Source: Rhabdothermincola salaria
Lineage (GTDB): Bacteria > Actinomycetota > Acidimicrobiia > Acidimicrobiales > Acidimicrobilacustridaceae
Length of the DNA stretch: 64,000 bases
Direction: 5' to 3'
Assembly (NCBI RefSeq): GCF_021246445.1
Contig: NZ_JAJQXW010000002.1
Span: 682,001-746,000 of the forward strand
Every line of letters begins with the position of its first letter. Positions within the stretch are counted from its first letter, which is position 1. Positions 32,985-41,740 of the stretch are shown here, in pieces. Made by a program: the position numbers and the translations under genes. A model generated the notes under the pieces. The model saw nothing but the letters and a program-made list of their open reading frames with translations. It searched no databases and was not told where the DNA came from.

Positions 32985-33557
32985 ATGGCCGCACCCGTGG
33001 GAGTGGATCGTGACACGGTCGTGGCGGCGGCAGCGGCCCTGGTCAGCGAAGCCGGGCGGGTGGACGCGGTGAGCCTGCGCCAGGTGGCCGAACGGGTGGG
33101 GGTGCGCACCCAGAGCCTGTACGCCCACGTCGACGGGCTCGACGACCTGCGCCGGGCCCTCGCCGTGGTCGGCCTCGTACGGCTGGGCGACGCCCTCACC
33201 GATGCGGCCATCGGGCGTTCCGGCCCCGAGGCGGTCGAGGCGATCGTGCGGGCCTACGTGCGCTTCGCCCTCGACGAGCCCGGGCTCTACGACGCGACCC
33301 TGGTGGTGCCCGGCGACGACGTCGAGGTGGCGGCGACGATGACCGCGGTCGGTCGTCCCCTCAACCTGGTGTTCCGGTCCTACGGCTATGACGAGGCCGA
33401 CGCCCTGCACTGGTACCGCATCGTCTTCGCCGCCGTGCACGGCTACGCCCTCATGCGCCGCGACGGCCTGTTCACCATGCCCGCCGACCCCGACGAGACC
33501 CTCGACCGCATGATCGCCGTGTTCGTGCGGGAGCTCGAGGCCACGGCGCCGGTCTAG
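32985..33557 (+). CDS. TetR/AcrR family regulator (WHG-type C-terminus)
   Basis: VSLRQVAERVGVRTQSLYAHV HTH, AYVRFALDEPGLY, AVHG. Confidence 0.92.
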   Translation: MAAPVGVDRDTVVAAAAALVSEAGRVDAVSLRQVAERVGVRTQSLYAHVDGLDDLRRALAVVGLVRLGDALTDAAIGRSGPEAVEAIVRAYVRFALDEPGLYDATLVVPGDDVEVAATMTAVGRPLNLVFRSYGYDEADALHWYRIVFAAVHGYALMRRDGLFTMPADPDETLDRMIAVFVRELEATAPV

Positions 33558-33588
33558 GAACCACCGCTGGCGTGTCGGGTGGGGCGGG

Positions 33589-34182
33589 TCAGGGGCGCTC
33601 CAGCTCCAGGCGACGGGCGGTGAGCCCGGGGGCCAGGTCCTCGTCGTGGTGGCGACGGACGTGGAAGCCGTCGACGAGGGCGTCGACGACATGGGGGCGC
33701 AGGGGCCACGGCGGGCCCGACGGCTCCTCGGGGTCGGCCACGGTGATGGCCACGGCCATCAGCAACCCGCCGGGGGCCACCGTGCGGTGGATGGCCTCGA
33801 CGGCGGCGACCTGTTGTTCCGGCGCGATGGACTGCACGGTGAAGACCTCGACCACCAGGTCGAAGGCGGCGTGCCAGTCCGCGGGGAGGGCGAAGAGGTC
33901 GGCCACCTGCCAGTCGACATCGGCCTCGGGGTGGCGACGGCGGGCCCACGCCACCGCCGACGGGGCGGCGTCGAAGGCCACGACCTCGAGGCCGTGCTCG
34001 GCCAGGGCGGCCGCGTCGTCGCCCAGCCCCGAGGCCACGACCAGGGCCCGACGATGGTGGTCGGGCTCGAGGTCCGCCAACCACTCCTCGACCAGGCGGC
34101 GGGAGATGGCGTGCTGCCACGGGACGGCGGCGTCGTCGCCCTCGGCGCGGGCGTAGACGGACTCGAAGAAGTCGTCGGCCAT
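33589..34182 (-). CDS. Class I SAM-dependent methyltransferase (TPMT-like)
   Basis: VPW, ALVVASGLGDDA, VAFD..SAV, ADLF, FDLVVE, PGG, GPPWPL. Confidence 0.85.
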   Translation of the reverse strand: MADDFFESVYARAEGDDAAVPWQHAISRRLVEEWLADLEPDHHRRALVVASGLGDDAAALAEHGLEVVAFDAAPSAVAWARRRHPEADVDWQVADLFALPADWHAAFDLVVEVFTVQSIAPEQQVAAVEAIHRTVAPGGLLMAVAITVADPEEPSGPPWPLRPHVVDALVDGFHVRRHHDEDLAPGLTARRLELERP

Positions 34183-34279
34183 CGCTCAGGCCGTCGGCCG
34201 TGATGGTGCGCCAGGCAGGCCGGTGTCGGTGTCGGTCATCGTCCGGTCCCCCTCGTGGCGGCTGGCGGTGGTGGCGCCA

Positions 34280-35977
34280 TCATCGCGGTTCGTAGCGCAC
34301 GATGCCGAAGGCGGTCGTGTGCATCACCCGGCCCTGTTCGTCGAGGTTCAGGCCCGAGAAGAGGGTGTTGTAGCGGTTGGAGCCCGTGACCCAGTGGAAG
34401 ACCGACTCACCTGTCGACCAGTCGAGGCCTTCCAGGGTCCACGCACCGTCGCGGGCGCCGACGGTGTAGAGGGTGTCGGAACCGGTGGAGACCAGGGGCA
34501 CGGCGTTGGCCGACGAGACCTCCCGGTTGACCCAGGCGGTGTCGAGGCGATCGGCGGTGGGATCCCACGCCAGCTTCTGCAGGCCCTTGGGGGTGAAGTC
34601 GGGGTCGGCCCCGGCGTAGCCGGCGAGGATGCGGGTGGCGGCCGGCGGGAAGCCATCGGGGATCGAGGAGGGGTCGTTGTTGACGACCAGCGCCCCGTAC
34701 CCGCCGACGACCACCGACTGCTCGGTCTGCACGGCGGTGCGGGTGGGGTCGCCGATGTCGGCTCGGACCTGCCCGGCGATGCGCTCGCTCGGTGCGCCCT
34801 CGGGGGGCGTCCAGCCGGCCGGGATCTCGTCGCGCCACATCAGCACCACGTTCATCACGTCCTCGCCGTCGGTGAACACCACGAACCGGTCGGCGTCGGG
34901 GCCGAAGCCCATGAGCGACGGGGTGGCCCCCGACCCGTTGCCCGAGCCGTTGCGGTAGGGGGCCGTCCACGCCCCGTCGGCCGGGTCGGTGGACAGCGAC
35001 GAGCCGTCCCAGACCACCTTGTGGGCGTGGTCGAGGGAGAGGGCGTAGATCCCGCCGTCGTCATCGACGGCCACGCTGTTGCGCACCCAGTCCGCTTGCC
35101 CGGCTCGGCGGCCCTCGGCCCCCATCTGCTCGTTGTGGGCCGGCGCGGCCTCGCCCCCGGGGAGTCGTACCGCCTGGTGGGAGGAGAAGTCGCGAGCCGC
35201 GACGACGATCCACCCTTCGTCGGTGATCATCACCAGGTGGCCGTCGAAGGTGAGGTTGGCGCCGGCGAAGGACCCGGTCACCTCGGCGGGCCGGGCGAAG
35301 GTGGCGGCCAGCTCGATGGGAGAGGCCGGGTCGTCGGGGTCGACGTCTCGATAGGCGAGGATCGACTCGGCACCGCCGACGAAGAGGGTGTTGTCCCGGT
35401 CGAGCAGGTAGTACACACCGCTCAAGCCGGTGAGGTACTGCGCAGCCAGGCCGATGCCGGCATCCGCGAGGGCTCGTCCCTCGAGGCCGTCGAGCTCGGC
35501 GATGTGGGCGTCGGCCATCTCCGAGGTGACGGGCTCCTTGTCCGGCAAGGGCAGCTCGGCGAGCACCTCGAGGGTCTCGGCGTCGAGCTTGGAGATCCGA
35601 TCGCCGCCGTTGCTCCAGATCACCCGACGTCCGTCGGGATAGGTGGGGGAGATGGCCAGGCCGAAGTGGGCCGGTCCGAGGTGGGTGTAGGTGAGCTCGT
35701 CGGGTGAGAGGGTGGCCGTGGGGCCGGTGGGGCCGGCGACGGTCATCGAGTCGGTCTGGGCGCTGTCGAAGTGGCCGATGGGCACGACGGAGTCGGCCAG
35801 GAACGGGTTGACCGGGGGATCGCCGGCAGCGGTCGTGGTGGAGGGTTCGACTGCGGGCTCGGACGCGTCGGTCGGCGACGTGCTGTCGCCGCTGTCGGAG
35901 CAGGCTCCGGCGGTCAGGGCCAGCACGGCGAGCAGCGCCGTGGCCCGCCGTCGGGTGGCGGTGGATCGAGCGGTCAT
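34280..35977 (-). CDS. Large lipoprotein of unknown function (beta-rich, propeller-like)
   Basis: Signal peptide with lipobox TAGAC, Ser/Thr/Pro linker, GSGATPSL and V..TDG repeats; coding-like codon usage. Confidence 0.75.
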   Translation of the reverse strand: MTARSTATRRRATALLAVLALTAGACSDSGDSTSPTDASEPAVEPSTTTAAGDPPVNPFLADSVVPIGHFDSAQTDSMTVAGPTGPTATLSPDELTYTHLGPAHFGLAISPTYPDGRRVIWSNGGDRISKLDAETLEVLAELPLPDKEPVTSEMADAHIAELDGLEGRALADAGIGLAAQYLTGLSGVYYLLDRDNTLFVGGAESILAYRDVDPDDPASPIELAATFARPAEVTGSFAGANLTFDGHLVMITDEGWIVVAARDFSSHQAVRLPGGEAAPAHNEQMGAEGRRAGQADWVRNSVAVDDDGGIYALSLDHAHKVVWDGSSLSTDPADGAWTAPYRNGSGNGSGATPSLMGFGPDADRFVVFTDGEDVMNVVLMWRDEIPAGWTPPEGAPSERIAGQVRADIGDPTRTAVQTEQSVVVGGYGALVVNNDPSSIPDGFPPAATRILAGYAGADPDFTPKGLQKLAWDPTADRLDTAWVNREVSSANAVPLVSTGSDTLYTVGARDGAWTLEGLDWSTGESVFHWVTGSNRYNTLFSGLNLDEQGRVMHTTAFGIVRYEPR

Positions 35978-36019
35978 GGGCCCCTTCCGGCTCGGCTCCC
36001 CCGAGCCGGTGCCTTTCCA

Positions 36020-36041
36020 ACTACCTTTCTAGCAAGATAGT
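36020..36041. promoter_or_regulatory. AT-rich palindrome, probable MarR operator
   Basis: ACTACCTTTCTAGCAAGATAGT, imperfect dyad (core TACCTT-N6-AAGATA) between divergent lipoprotein and marR genes. Confidence 0.7.
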
Positions 36042-36066
36042 GTCGGGACGTCGACACTGGAGGGAC

Positions 36067-36540
36067 ATGGCCCACCCGCCGGAGCTCACCACGCTCACCT
36101 TGTTGCTCGCTCGTGCCAGCCGGCTGAACGAGGCGGTGATCGGCGACGTCTGCCGCCGCCACGCGGTCGCTCCGGCCGAGCTGCGCGTGCTGGGGGCGCT
36201 GCGGTTGTCGTCGGGGGGTGCGCCCATGCGCCCCACCGTGCTCGGCGGTCGGGTCGTGCAGACCTCCGGCGGGCTCACCGCCACCCTTCGCCGTCTGGAG
36301 GCCGCCGGTGCGGTGGAGCGGGTCGGCGACCCCGAGGACGGGCGCGTGCGGCTGGTGGCGCTCACCCCGGAGGGTGAGCAGCTCCACGACCGGCTGCTCG
36401 ACGATCTCACCGCGCGCTACGCCGTGACCTTCGACGGTGACCTCGACGCCGATCTGGCGGCGGTCCGCCGCTTGCTCGACCGCCTCGAGGCGATGGGGGA
36501 CGTCGCTTCGAGCGCCCACTGGGCCCCGCCCGAGGTCTGA
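36067..36540 (+). CDS. MarR family regulator (PecS/TamR-like sequence features)
   Basis: VLGALRLS..MRPT, TSGGLT..LRRLE.AG.VER..DPEDGR..VALT.EG; GGAGG RBS. Confidence 0.9.
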   Translation: MAHPPELTTLTLLLARASRLNEAVIGDVCRRHAVAPAELRVLGALRLSSGGAPMRPTVLGGRVVQTSGGLTATLRRLEAAGAVERVGDPEDGRVRLVALTPEGEQLHDRLLDDLTARYAVTFDGDLDADLAAVRRLLDRLEAMGDVASSAHWAPPEV

Positions 36541-36635
36541 GCGCTCGACGGCTCGAGTCGGGTCGGGCTCGGGGATCCCTCTCGTCGTCGGGCGCCCCAG
36601 GGCGCACCTCCCGGCGGGCGGATGTGTCTCGATCG

Positions 36636-37424
36636 TCAGGAGTGCACGTAGCGCATCTGACGGCTGGTGGAGAGCAGCTCGCCCTCGGGTGACCAGATCT
36701 CGGTGTCCTCGTCGACGAAGCCGCCGACCGAGGCCCGGGTGGTGAGCACCACCAGCACCGGGGTGGTGGCCGTGAGCTCGGCGCGGGGCAGCGACGAACG
36801 GGCGTGGTAGGTGAGGTCGACCGACTGGGCGATGGCCCCCACCGGCCACACGTGGTAGGCGACCGGCGGCCACAGGTCGGCCAGCAGGCCGAGGTAGCGG
36901 TGGTCGACGATCTCGGGGGTGCGAGGCAGCACCCAGCCACCGACACGGGCCTCTCCGCCCGCGAGCTCCTCGATGCGGGGGTACAGGTGGAACTTGTCGA
37001 AGGTGGGGACCGGGAACGGCGGCTCGGTGGGGGGCTCCTCCGCCCCGACGGGTGCGACCTCCGGCATCACCGCGGCGTGGAACTCCGCCACCGGGCGGCG
37101 GCGGGCGAACGACGCCAGCACCAGTCCGGCCGGCTTGCCGCCCGACCACAGCCGGGCGGTGGCGTTGGCCATGGTGCGACCGGTGCGCTCGACCGTGACC
37201 TCGGCCCGGAAGGGCCCGTCGACGAAGCGGCGCATGTAGTGCACCGTGCAGTGGTGCAGCTCCATGTCGTGGCCGAGCTCGGCGTCGACCGCGGTCTGGG
37301 CGAGGGCCATCACGTAGCCGCCGTGCAGCGCCTCCCACCCCCACCAGACCCTGGAGCAGTCTCGTTCGTAGATCCCGTCGCCGAGGGCGGTGAGCTGGCA
37401 TTCGGTGTCGAGCAGTGCGGTCAC
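36636..37424 (-). CDS. Acyl-CoA thioesterase family (double hotdog)
   Basis: W..LHGGY, ERTGR, LLADLWPP, SVDLTYH, GFVDEDTEIW..G.LL..SRQ. Confidence 0.85.
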   Translation of the reverse strand: MTALLDTECQLTALGDGIYERDCSRVWWGWEALHGGYVMALAQTAVDAELGHDMELHHCTVHYMRRFVDGPFRAEVTVERTGRTMANATARLWSGGKPAGLVLASFARRRPVAEFHAAVMPEVAPVGAEEPPTEPPFPVPTFDKFHLYPRIEELAGGEARVGGWVLPRTPEIVDHRYLGLLADLWPPVAYHVWPVGAIAQSVDLTYHARSSLPRAELTATTPVLVVLTTRASVGGFVDEDTEIWSPEGELLSTSRQMRYVHS

Positions 37425-37473
37425 CGTGGTTGCCTACCACGCCCCGGACAGGGCCTCGACGAGCGAGCGGCGA

Positions 37474-37734
37474 TCAGCCGGTGCGAGGGTCGTCGATGGC
37501 GACGGCGGCCAGACCGGGCACCTGGGGCTGCATCAGCTGCAGGGCCACGTCCTGCAGCAGCGGCGTGGGGAGCACGCACTCGGCGCAGTTGGCGTCGACC
37601 AGCACCAGGCGGAGCTGGGCCACCTCACCCTCCAGGCCCACCAGCTCGATGTCGGCGCCGTCGGCCTGCAGGAGGCTGCGCACCGACTCGAGGGCGGTGG
37701 CCACGGCGGTCGTGTCGAGGCTGCTGGTGGTCAC
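37474..37734 (-). CDS. Small NifU-C/NfuA-like CxxC protein
   Basis: ALESVRSLLQADGADIELV..L...CAECVLP; GGAGG RBS; GTGA overlap with SDR stop. Confidence 0.75.
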   Translation of the reverse strand: MTTSSLDTTAVATALESVRSLLQADGADIELVGLEGEVAQLRLVLVDANCAECVLPTPLLQDVALQLMQPQVPGLAAVAIDDPRTG

Positions 37735-38543
37735 TGGGTGTCCTCCGGGCGTCGGTTGGGCGGGCGGGTGCGTGAGAGGTGGGCGCCGGCGTCGGCCAGG
37801 ATCAGCTGACCGGTGATGCACCGGGCCAGGTCGCTCACCAGGAACACGGCCAGGCGCGCCAGCTCGTCGGGCTCGGTGAGGCGCCGCAAGGGGGTGGAGG
37901 CCACCAGGTCGGCCACGTGGTCGTCGTCGAAGGCCTCCCGGACCGTCTCGGTGAGCGTGGTCCCCGGCGCCATGGCCACCACCCGGATGCCGTCGGCTCC
38001 GAGCTCGACGGCCATGGTCTGGGTGAGGTGGTTGATGCCGGCCTTGGCCGCGGCGTAGGCGGCCATGAACGGTGCCGGCCGGGTGGTCTCGCCGGAGCTG
38101 ACGTTGAGGATCACGCCCCCGCGCCCTGCCGCCACCATGGCCCGGGCCTCGGCGGCGCCGGCCAGGGCGGTGAGCACCAGGTTCTGGTCGAGCAGCCCGC
38201 GCCAGTGGTCGCCGTCGAGGGTGGTGAACGGCCCGGGGCGGTGCTCGCCGTACATGCCCACGTTGTTGACGGCGATGTCGAGCAGGCCGCCCAGGCCGCC
38301 GACGGCGTCGGCGACCATGCGGGCGAGGGCGGTGTCGTCGCGGGCATCGGCCACGACGGCGAAGGCCCGGCCCCCCTCGGCGACGATGCGATCGACGGTG
38401 GCGTCGGCGTGGGCGGATCGCACGTCGTGGACGGCCACGTGGGCGCCGGCCCGGGCCAGCCACACCGCGATCTCGGCCCCGATGCCGGCCCCCGATCCGG
38501 TGACGAGCGCCGTGCGGTCGGTGAGGTCGATCTCGACGGTCAC
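37731..38543 (-). CDS. SDR family oxidoreductase
   Basis: VTGSGAGIG, VNNVG, NVSS, YAAAK, APG; GTGA overlap. Confidence 0.92.
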   Translation of the reverse strand: MTVEIDLTDRTALVTGSGAGIGAEIAVWLARAGAHVAVHDVRSAHADATVDRIVAEGGRAFAVVADARDDTALARMVADAVGGLGGLLDIAVNNVGMYGEHRPGPFTTLDGDHWRGLLDQNLVLTALAGAAEARAMVAAGRGGVILNVSSGETTRPAPFMAAYAAAKAGINHLTQTMAVELGADGIRVVAMAPGTTLTETVREAFDDDHVADLVASTPLRRLTEPDELARLAVFLVSDLARCITGQLILADAGAHLSRTRPPNRRPEDTQ

Positions 38544-39091
38544 GAGGCTCCGGCGCCGGTGAACAGTGCGATGAGCCGGTCGGTGGCCGCCTCGGCCCAC
38601 GCCGTGAGCGTGGCGGCGTCGGTGCCGCCGATGGGGTGGGGGAGCACCAGCAGCCGGGTGTCGGGGAGCCCGAAGCTCGACGACAGGGTGCGGGCCACGG
38701 TCTCGAAGTGGGTGGTGGTGGCCACCACCGCCGGGCGCCCGACCTTCTCGAACTCGATCGCATCGGTGACCGAGTAGGCGGTGCAGCTGCCGCAGTCGGC
38801 GGCGCCGGTGATGACCAGGTCGGCCTCGGCCACCACCGTGGCGAAGATGTCGGGGTCGCAGGGCACCGCCGCGTTGGCCGACTCGCCCCGGGGGCCCTTC
38901 TTGGTGATCACCGACACGGTGGCCCCGGTGCGCCGGGCCAGCGCCTCGGCGGCCGCGGTCATGACCACATCGGCATTGGGCTTGCCGTTGTCGAGCACGG
39001 CGACACGCAGGCCGGCCAGCGTGGGCGGCGACGGAGCCAGGGCCACGGACTCCGGGCCCGGTTCGGAGTCGGGGAGGTAGACGAGGGTCAT
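38540..39091 (-). CDS. UGSC-family protein, cysteine form (DCGSC)
   Basis: LAGLRVAVLDNGKPNA, D..ITG.ADCGSCT..D...EK.G.P.V, F..A..FGLP..LPHP; first Cys codon is TGC. Confidence 0.78.
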   Translation of the reverse strand: MTLVYLPDSEPGPESVALAPSPPTLAGLRVAVLDNGKPNADVVMTAAAEALARRTGATVSVITKKGPRGESANAAVPCDPDIFATVVAEADLVITGAADCGSCTAYSVTDAIEFEKVGRPAVVATTTHFETVARTLSSSFGLPDTRLLVLPHPIGGTDAATLTAWAEAATDRLIALFTGAGAS

Positions 39092-39094
39092 GGC

Positions 39095-40159
39095 TCAACC
39101 TTCCACGGGGAGGGTGACGCTGCGGGTGACGCCCCACGACGGCACGACGAGCGAGTGCTTGCCGGGTCCGCCGACCACGACGACCCGGATGTTGTCGGCG
39201 TCACCGGTCATGGGCATCAGGTGGTCGTCGTCGCTGACGATGTGCATCCACTGCTGCCAGGCCCGCTCGGCGAAGTGGCGCTTGAGCACCCCCAGGGGCA
39301 GGCGGGCGTGGTCGAACAGGTACGACGAGACGTCGCCCCGGGTGAGCCCTCGATCGGCCAGGCTGCGGGCGTGCTCGGGGCCGAGGACGATGAAGTACTC
39401 GGCCTGGCTGATGGGGGCGTTGTTCTGGCCCAGGGAGGTCATGGCCGAGGCGATCTTGTCGAGGATGAGGGCCGGGTCGCCGGCGGCCTCGGCATCGTGG
39501 ACGTTGTGGGGGCCCTCGCCGCAGTGCACGGTGACGGCGCTCGGGGCGTCGACGCCACGGCTGAGGGCGTAGGACTCCCACGGGCTCTCGGCGAGGTTCT
39601 CGGCCGCGCAGAACGTGTACTTCGCCGGCTGACCATGGGTGGCGGCGTCGCCGGAGCCGGGGAGGGCGCCGGCCACGTGGAGCATGGCCAGGCGGACCGC
39701 CCGACCGACGGTGGCGTTGGCCCGGTTGCCGGGCCCGAAGGCGCCCACCCCTGCGTGGAAGCCGGCGGCCTCGGCGATCCGGCCGTGCACCAGCACCATG
39801 GGGGCGACCGGGTGGGTGGTGGCGTTGACGCCGCGCAGGTTGACCTCGGGGCGGGCGAGGGCCCGCAGAGCGGTGAGCACCACCGGGAACGTCTCGGGGA
39901 GGCAGCCGGCCAGGACGGCGTTGATGGCCACCACCCGCCGAGTGACGATGCCGGCACGGGGCTGGAGGGTGAACAAGACCTCGTCGGGGTCGCCCTCGGC
40001 GGTGGCCAACATGGCGTCGACTCGCTCCGCGGCGGGGGGCACGACGGGGAGCCCGTCGCCCAGGCCCCGTTCGGCGAGCAGCTCGAGCATCGCCTCGGGG
40101 CCGTCGTCGGCGAGCTCGACCATCTCGGGCTGATAGGTGGTCCGACTGGTGACCGTCAC
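39095..40159 (-). CDS. Conserved uncharacterised UGSC-partner protein (DGLPVVPP family)
   Basis: GDGLPVVPP..ERV..ML, AINAVLAGC.PE, ATTH, GPGNRANATVGRA.RL, G.P.KY..C.AEN, VVGGPG. Confidence 0.75.
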   Translation of the reverse strand: MTVTSRTTYQPEMVELADDGPEAMLELLAERGLGDGLPVVPPAAERVDAMLATAEGDPDEVLFTLQPRAGIVTRRVVAINAVLAGCLPETFPVVLTALRALARPEVNLRGVNATTHPVAPMVLVHGRIAEAAGFHAGVGAFGPGNRANATVGRAVRLAMLHVAGALPGSGDAATHGQPAKYTFCAAENLAESPWESYALSRGVDAPSAVTVHCGEGPHNVHDAEAAGDPALILDKIASAMTSLGQNNAPISQAEYFIVLGPEHARSLADRGLTRGDVSSYLFDHARLPLGVLKRHFAERAWQQWMHIVSDDDHLMPMTGDADNIRVVVVGGPGKHSLVVPSWGVTRSVTLPVEG

Positions 40160-40181
40160 GAGCTCCCCCTGAGTCGAATGC

Positions 40182-40201
40182 CATCAGACTCTAGACTGAT
40201 G
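40182..40201. promoter_or_regulatory. Palindrome with overlapping divergent -10 boxes
   Basis: CATCAG-ACTCTAGA-CTGATG; TAGACT on + (40192-40197) and TAGAGT on - (40188-40193). Confidence 0.6.
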
Positions 40202-40231
40202 TGGGTCGGTCGACAAGGGAGGGGGACCAGC

Positions 40232-41110
40232 GTGGAGGACGAGGGCACTGCGACAGGTGGCCGGCCCACGCCAGCCGTGATCGATGCCCACACCCACGTG
40301 GCCTGCCCCGACACCGAGCGCTTCCCGACCCGACCCACCGGGGTGGGCAGCGACTGGTGGGCGCACGGCGGTGGTGCGGTCGAGGGGTTGGTGGCCGAGA
40401 TGGACGCGGCGGGCGTGATTCGGGCGGTGGCGGTGCAGGCCGTGGGGGTCTACGGCCACGACTGCCGCTGCGCCGCCCACGCCGTGGCCGCCCACCCCGA
40501 TCGCCTGGCCCTGGTGGCGTCGGTGGACATGGACGGCTCCGACCCCGCGCAGGCCCTGCACGACCTCGTGGGGGAATCCGGATCGGTGCGGCCGGCGGGC
40601 GTGCGTTGCTTCGGCGTCGGTGCCAAGGGCGCGACCTGGCTGGACGACGGCCGTGGTCACGAGGTGTGGGCGACGGCCGGCGATCTCGGCCTCACGGTGG
40701 TCCCCTGCGTGTTCTCACCGGCGCTCGACGCCGTGGCCGGCCTCTCTGCGGCCCACCCCGAGGTCCGGGTCGCGGTGGACCACTGCGGCTTCCCCGACCG
40801 TGAGGGCGCGGCCGGCTGGGCTGCTGTCCACCGGTTGGCCGAGGTGGGCTCGGTGGCGTTGAAGGTGTCGAGCTACGTGCTCGAGGCGGCCGAGCGCGAC
40901 GACGGCGACCCGGCGCCGGTCGTCGACGACCTCGCCCGCCGGTTCGGGGCCCACCGCCTGTGCTGGGGTTCGGATCACCCGCAAGACCAGACCCGGTCCT
41001 ATGCCGACAAGCTGGCCCTGGCTGCCCACGCCGTCCGCCGCCTCGACGGCGAGGCCGTCGCCTCGTTCTTCCACCACACCGCCGCCCGCCTCTGGTGGGG
41101 CCGGCCCTGA
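40232..41110 (+). CDS. Amidohydrolase_2 family protein (lactonase-like)
   Basis: IDAHTH, AVAVQ, GVR, VDHCG, LKVS, FGAHRLCWGSDHP; GGAGG RBS. Confidence 0.88.
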   Translation: MEDEGTATGGRPTPAVIDAHTHVACPDTERFPTRPTGVGSDWWAHGGGAVEGLVAEMDAAGVIRAVAVQAVGVYGHDCRCAAHAVAAHPDRLALVASVDMDGSDPAQALHDLVGESGSVRPAGVRCFGVGAKGATWLDDGRGHEVWATAGDLGLTVVPCVFSPALDAVAGLSAAHPEVRVAVDHCGFPDREGAAGWAAVHRLAEVGSVALKVSSYVLEAAERDDGDPAPVVDDLARRFGAHRLCWGSDHPQDQTRSYADKLALAAHAVRRLDGEAVASFFHHTAARLWWGRP

Positions 41111-41120
41111 GGTCGATGGC

Positions 41121-41609
41121 TCAGCTGATCTCGACGAGGTTCTCGAAGCGGACCAGGGGGAGCTCGCGGTCGGTGCGGGACTGGTAGTCGCGGTAGTACT
41201 CGCGGTCGGTGGTGAGCAGGTCCCAGATGCGCTGGCGCTCCTCGCCCTCGAGCACCACGGCGTCGCATTCGTACAGCCCGCCGCGCACCCGGATCTTCAC
41301 CTTCGGGTTGGCGGTGCGGTCGGCCAGGTTGAGGTACCAGGCGGGGTGCTCGGGGGCGCCGGAGAACGAGCCCACCACGACGCGGCGACCCTCGGGGTCG
41401 TACCAGAAGGGCAACGTGACCTTGTGCTCGTTGCCCGACTTGCGGCCGATGGTGTGCAGGATCACGTGGTCCATGCCGGCGATGATCCACGCCTCCTCGG
41501 CGTCGGTCGTCTCGAGGAAAGCGGTGTGCTGTCGGGAGATGCCGGGGATCTCGTCGCGGCTCGGCTCGTCGAACGCCTCGTTCTTCTGGCTGGCAGGCAC
41601 GTCGCTCAT
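41121..41609 (-). CDS. Deazaflavin (F420)-dependent nitroreductase-family oxidoreductase (DDN-like)
   Basis: LHTIGRKSG, SFSGAPEHPAWYLNL, YRDYQSRTDRELPLV; TACAGT 8 nt upstream of ATG. Confidence 0.88.
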   Translation of the reverse strand: MSDVPASQKNEAFDEPSRDEIPGISRQHTAFLETTDAEEAWIIAGMDHVILHTIGRKSGNEHKVTLPFWYDPEGRRVVVGSFSGAPEHPAWYLNLADRTANPKVKIRVRGGLYECDAVVLEGEERQRIWDLLTTDREYYRDYQSRTDRELPLVRFENLVEIS

Positions 41610-41740
41610 GGGCGCGCACTGTAGGCGACCGACCCGCATCGGTTCCCGACCAGCTCGGCCGGGAGAACGTTGACCTGATGAACTAGAACGGGCACAGACG
41701 AGCCGGGCTGCGCGAACGCGTCCGGAGTGGGGAGCACGAC

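Noticed and set aside
38760..38800. Selenocysteine in the UGSC-family gene
   Set aside because: The codon is TGC and the ORF is uninterrupted, so this is the cysteine form
38636..41110. Track ORFs implying large fusions (824 aa here; also 31110-33557, 44098-45912, 37474-38763)
   Set aside because: Only the 3' parts look coding; the 5' parts overlap real opposite-strand or other-frame genes
41681..41700. KstR-like operator (AACTAGAAC) upstream of the LLM gene
   Set aside because: Only a half-site, with no matching second arm
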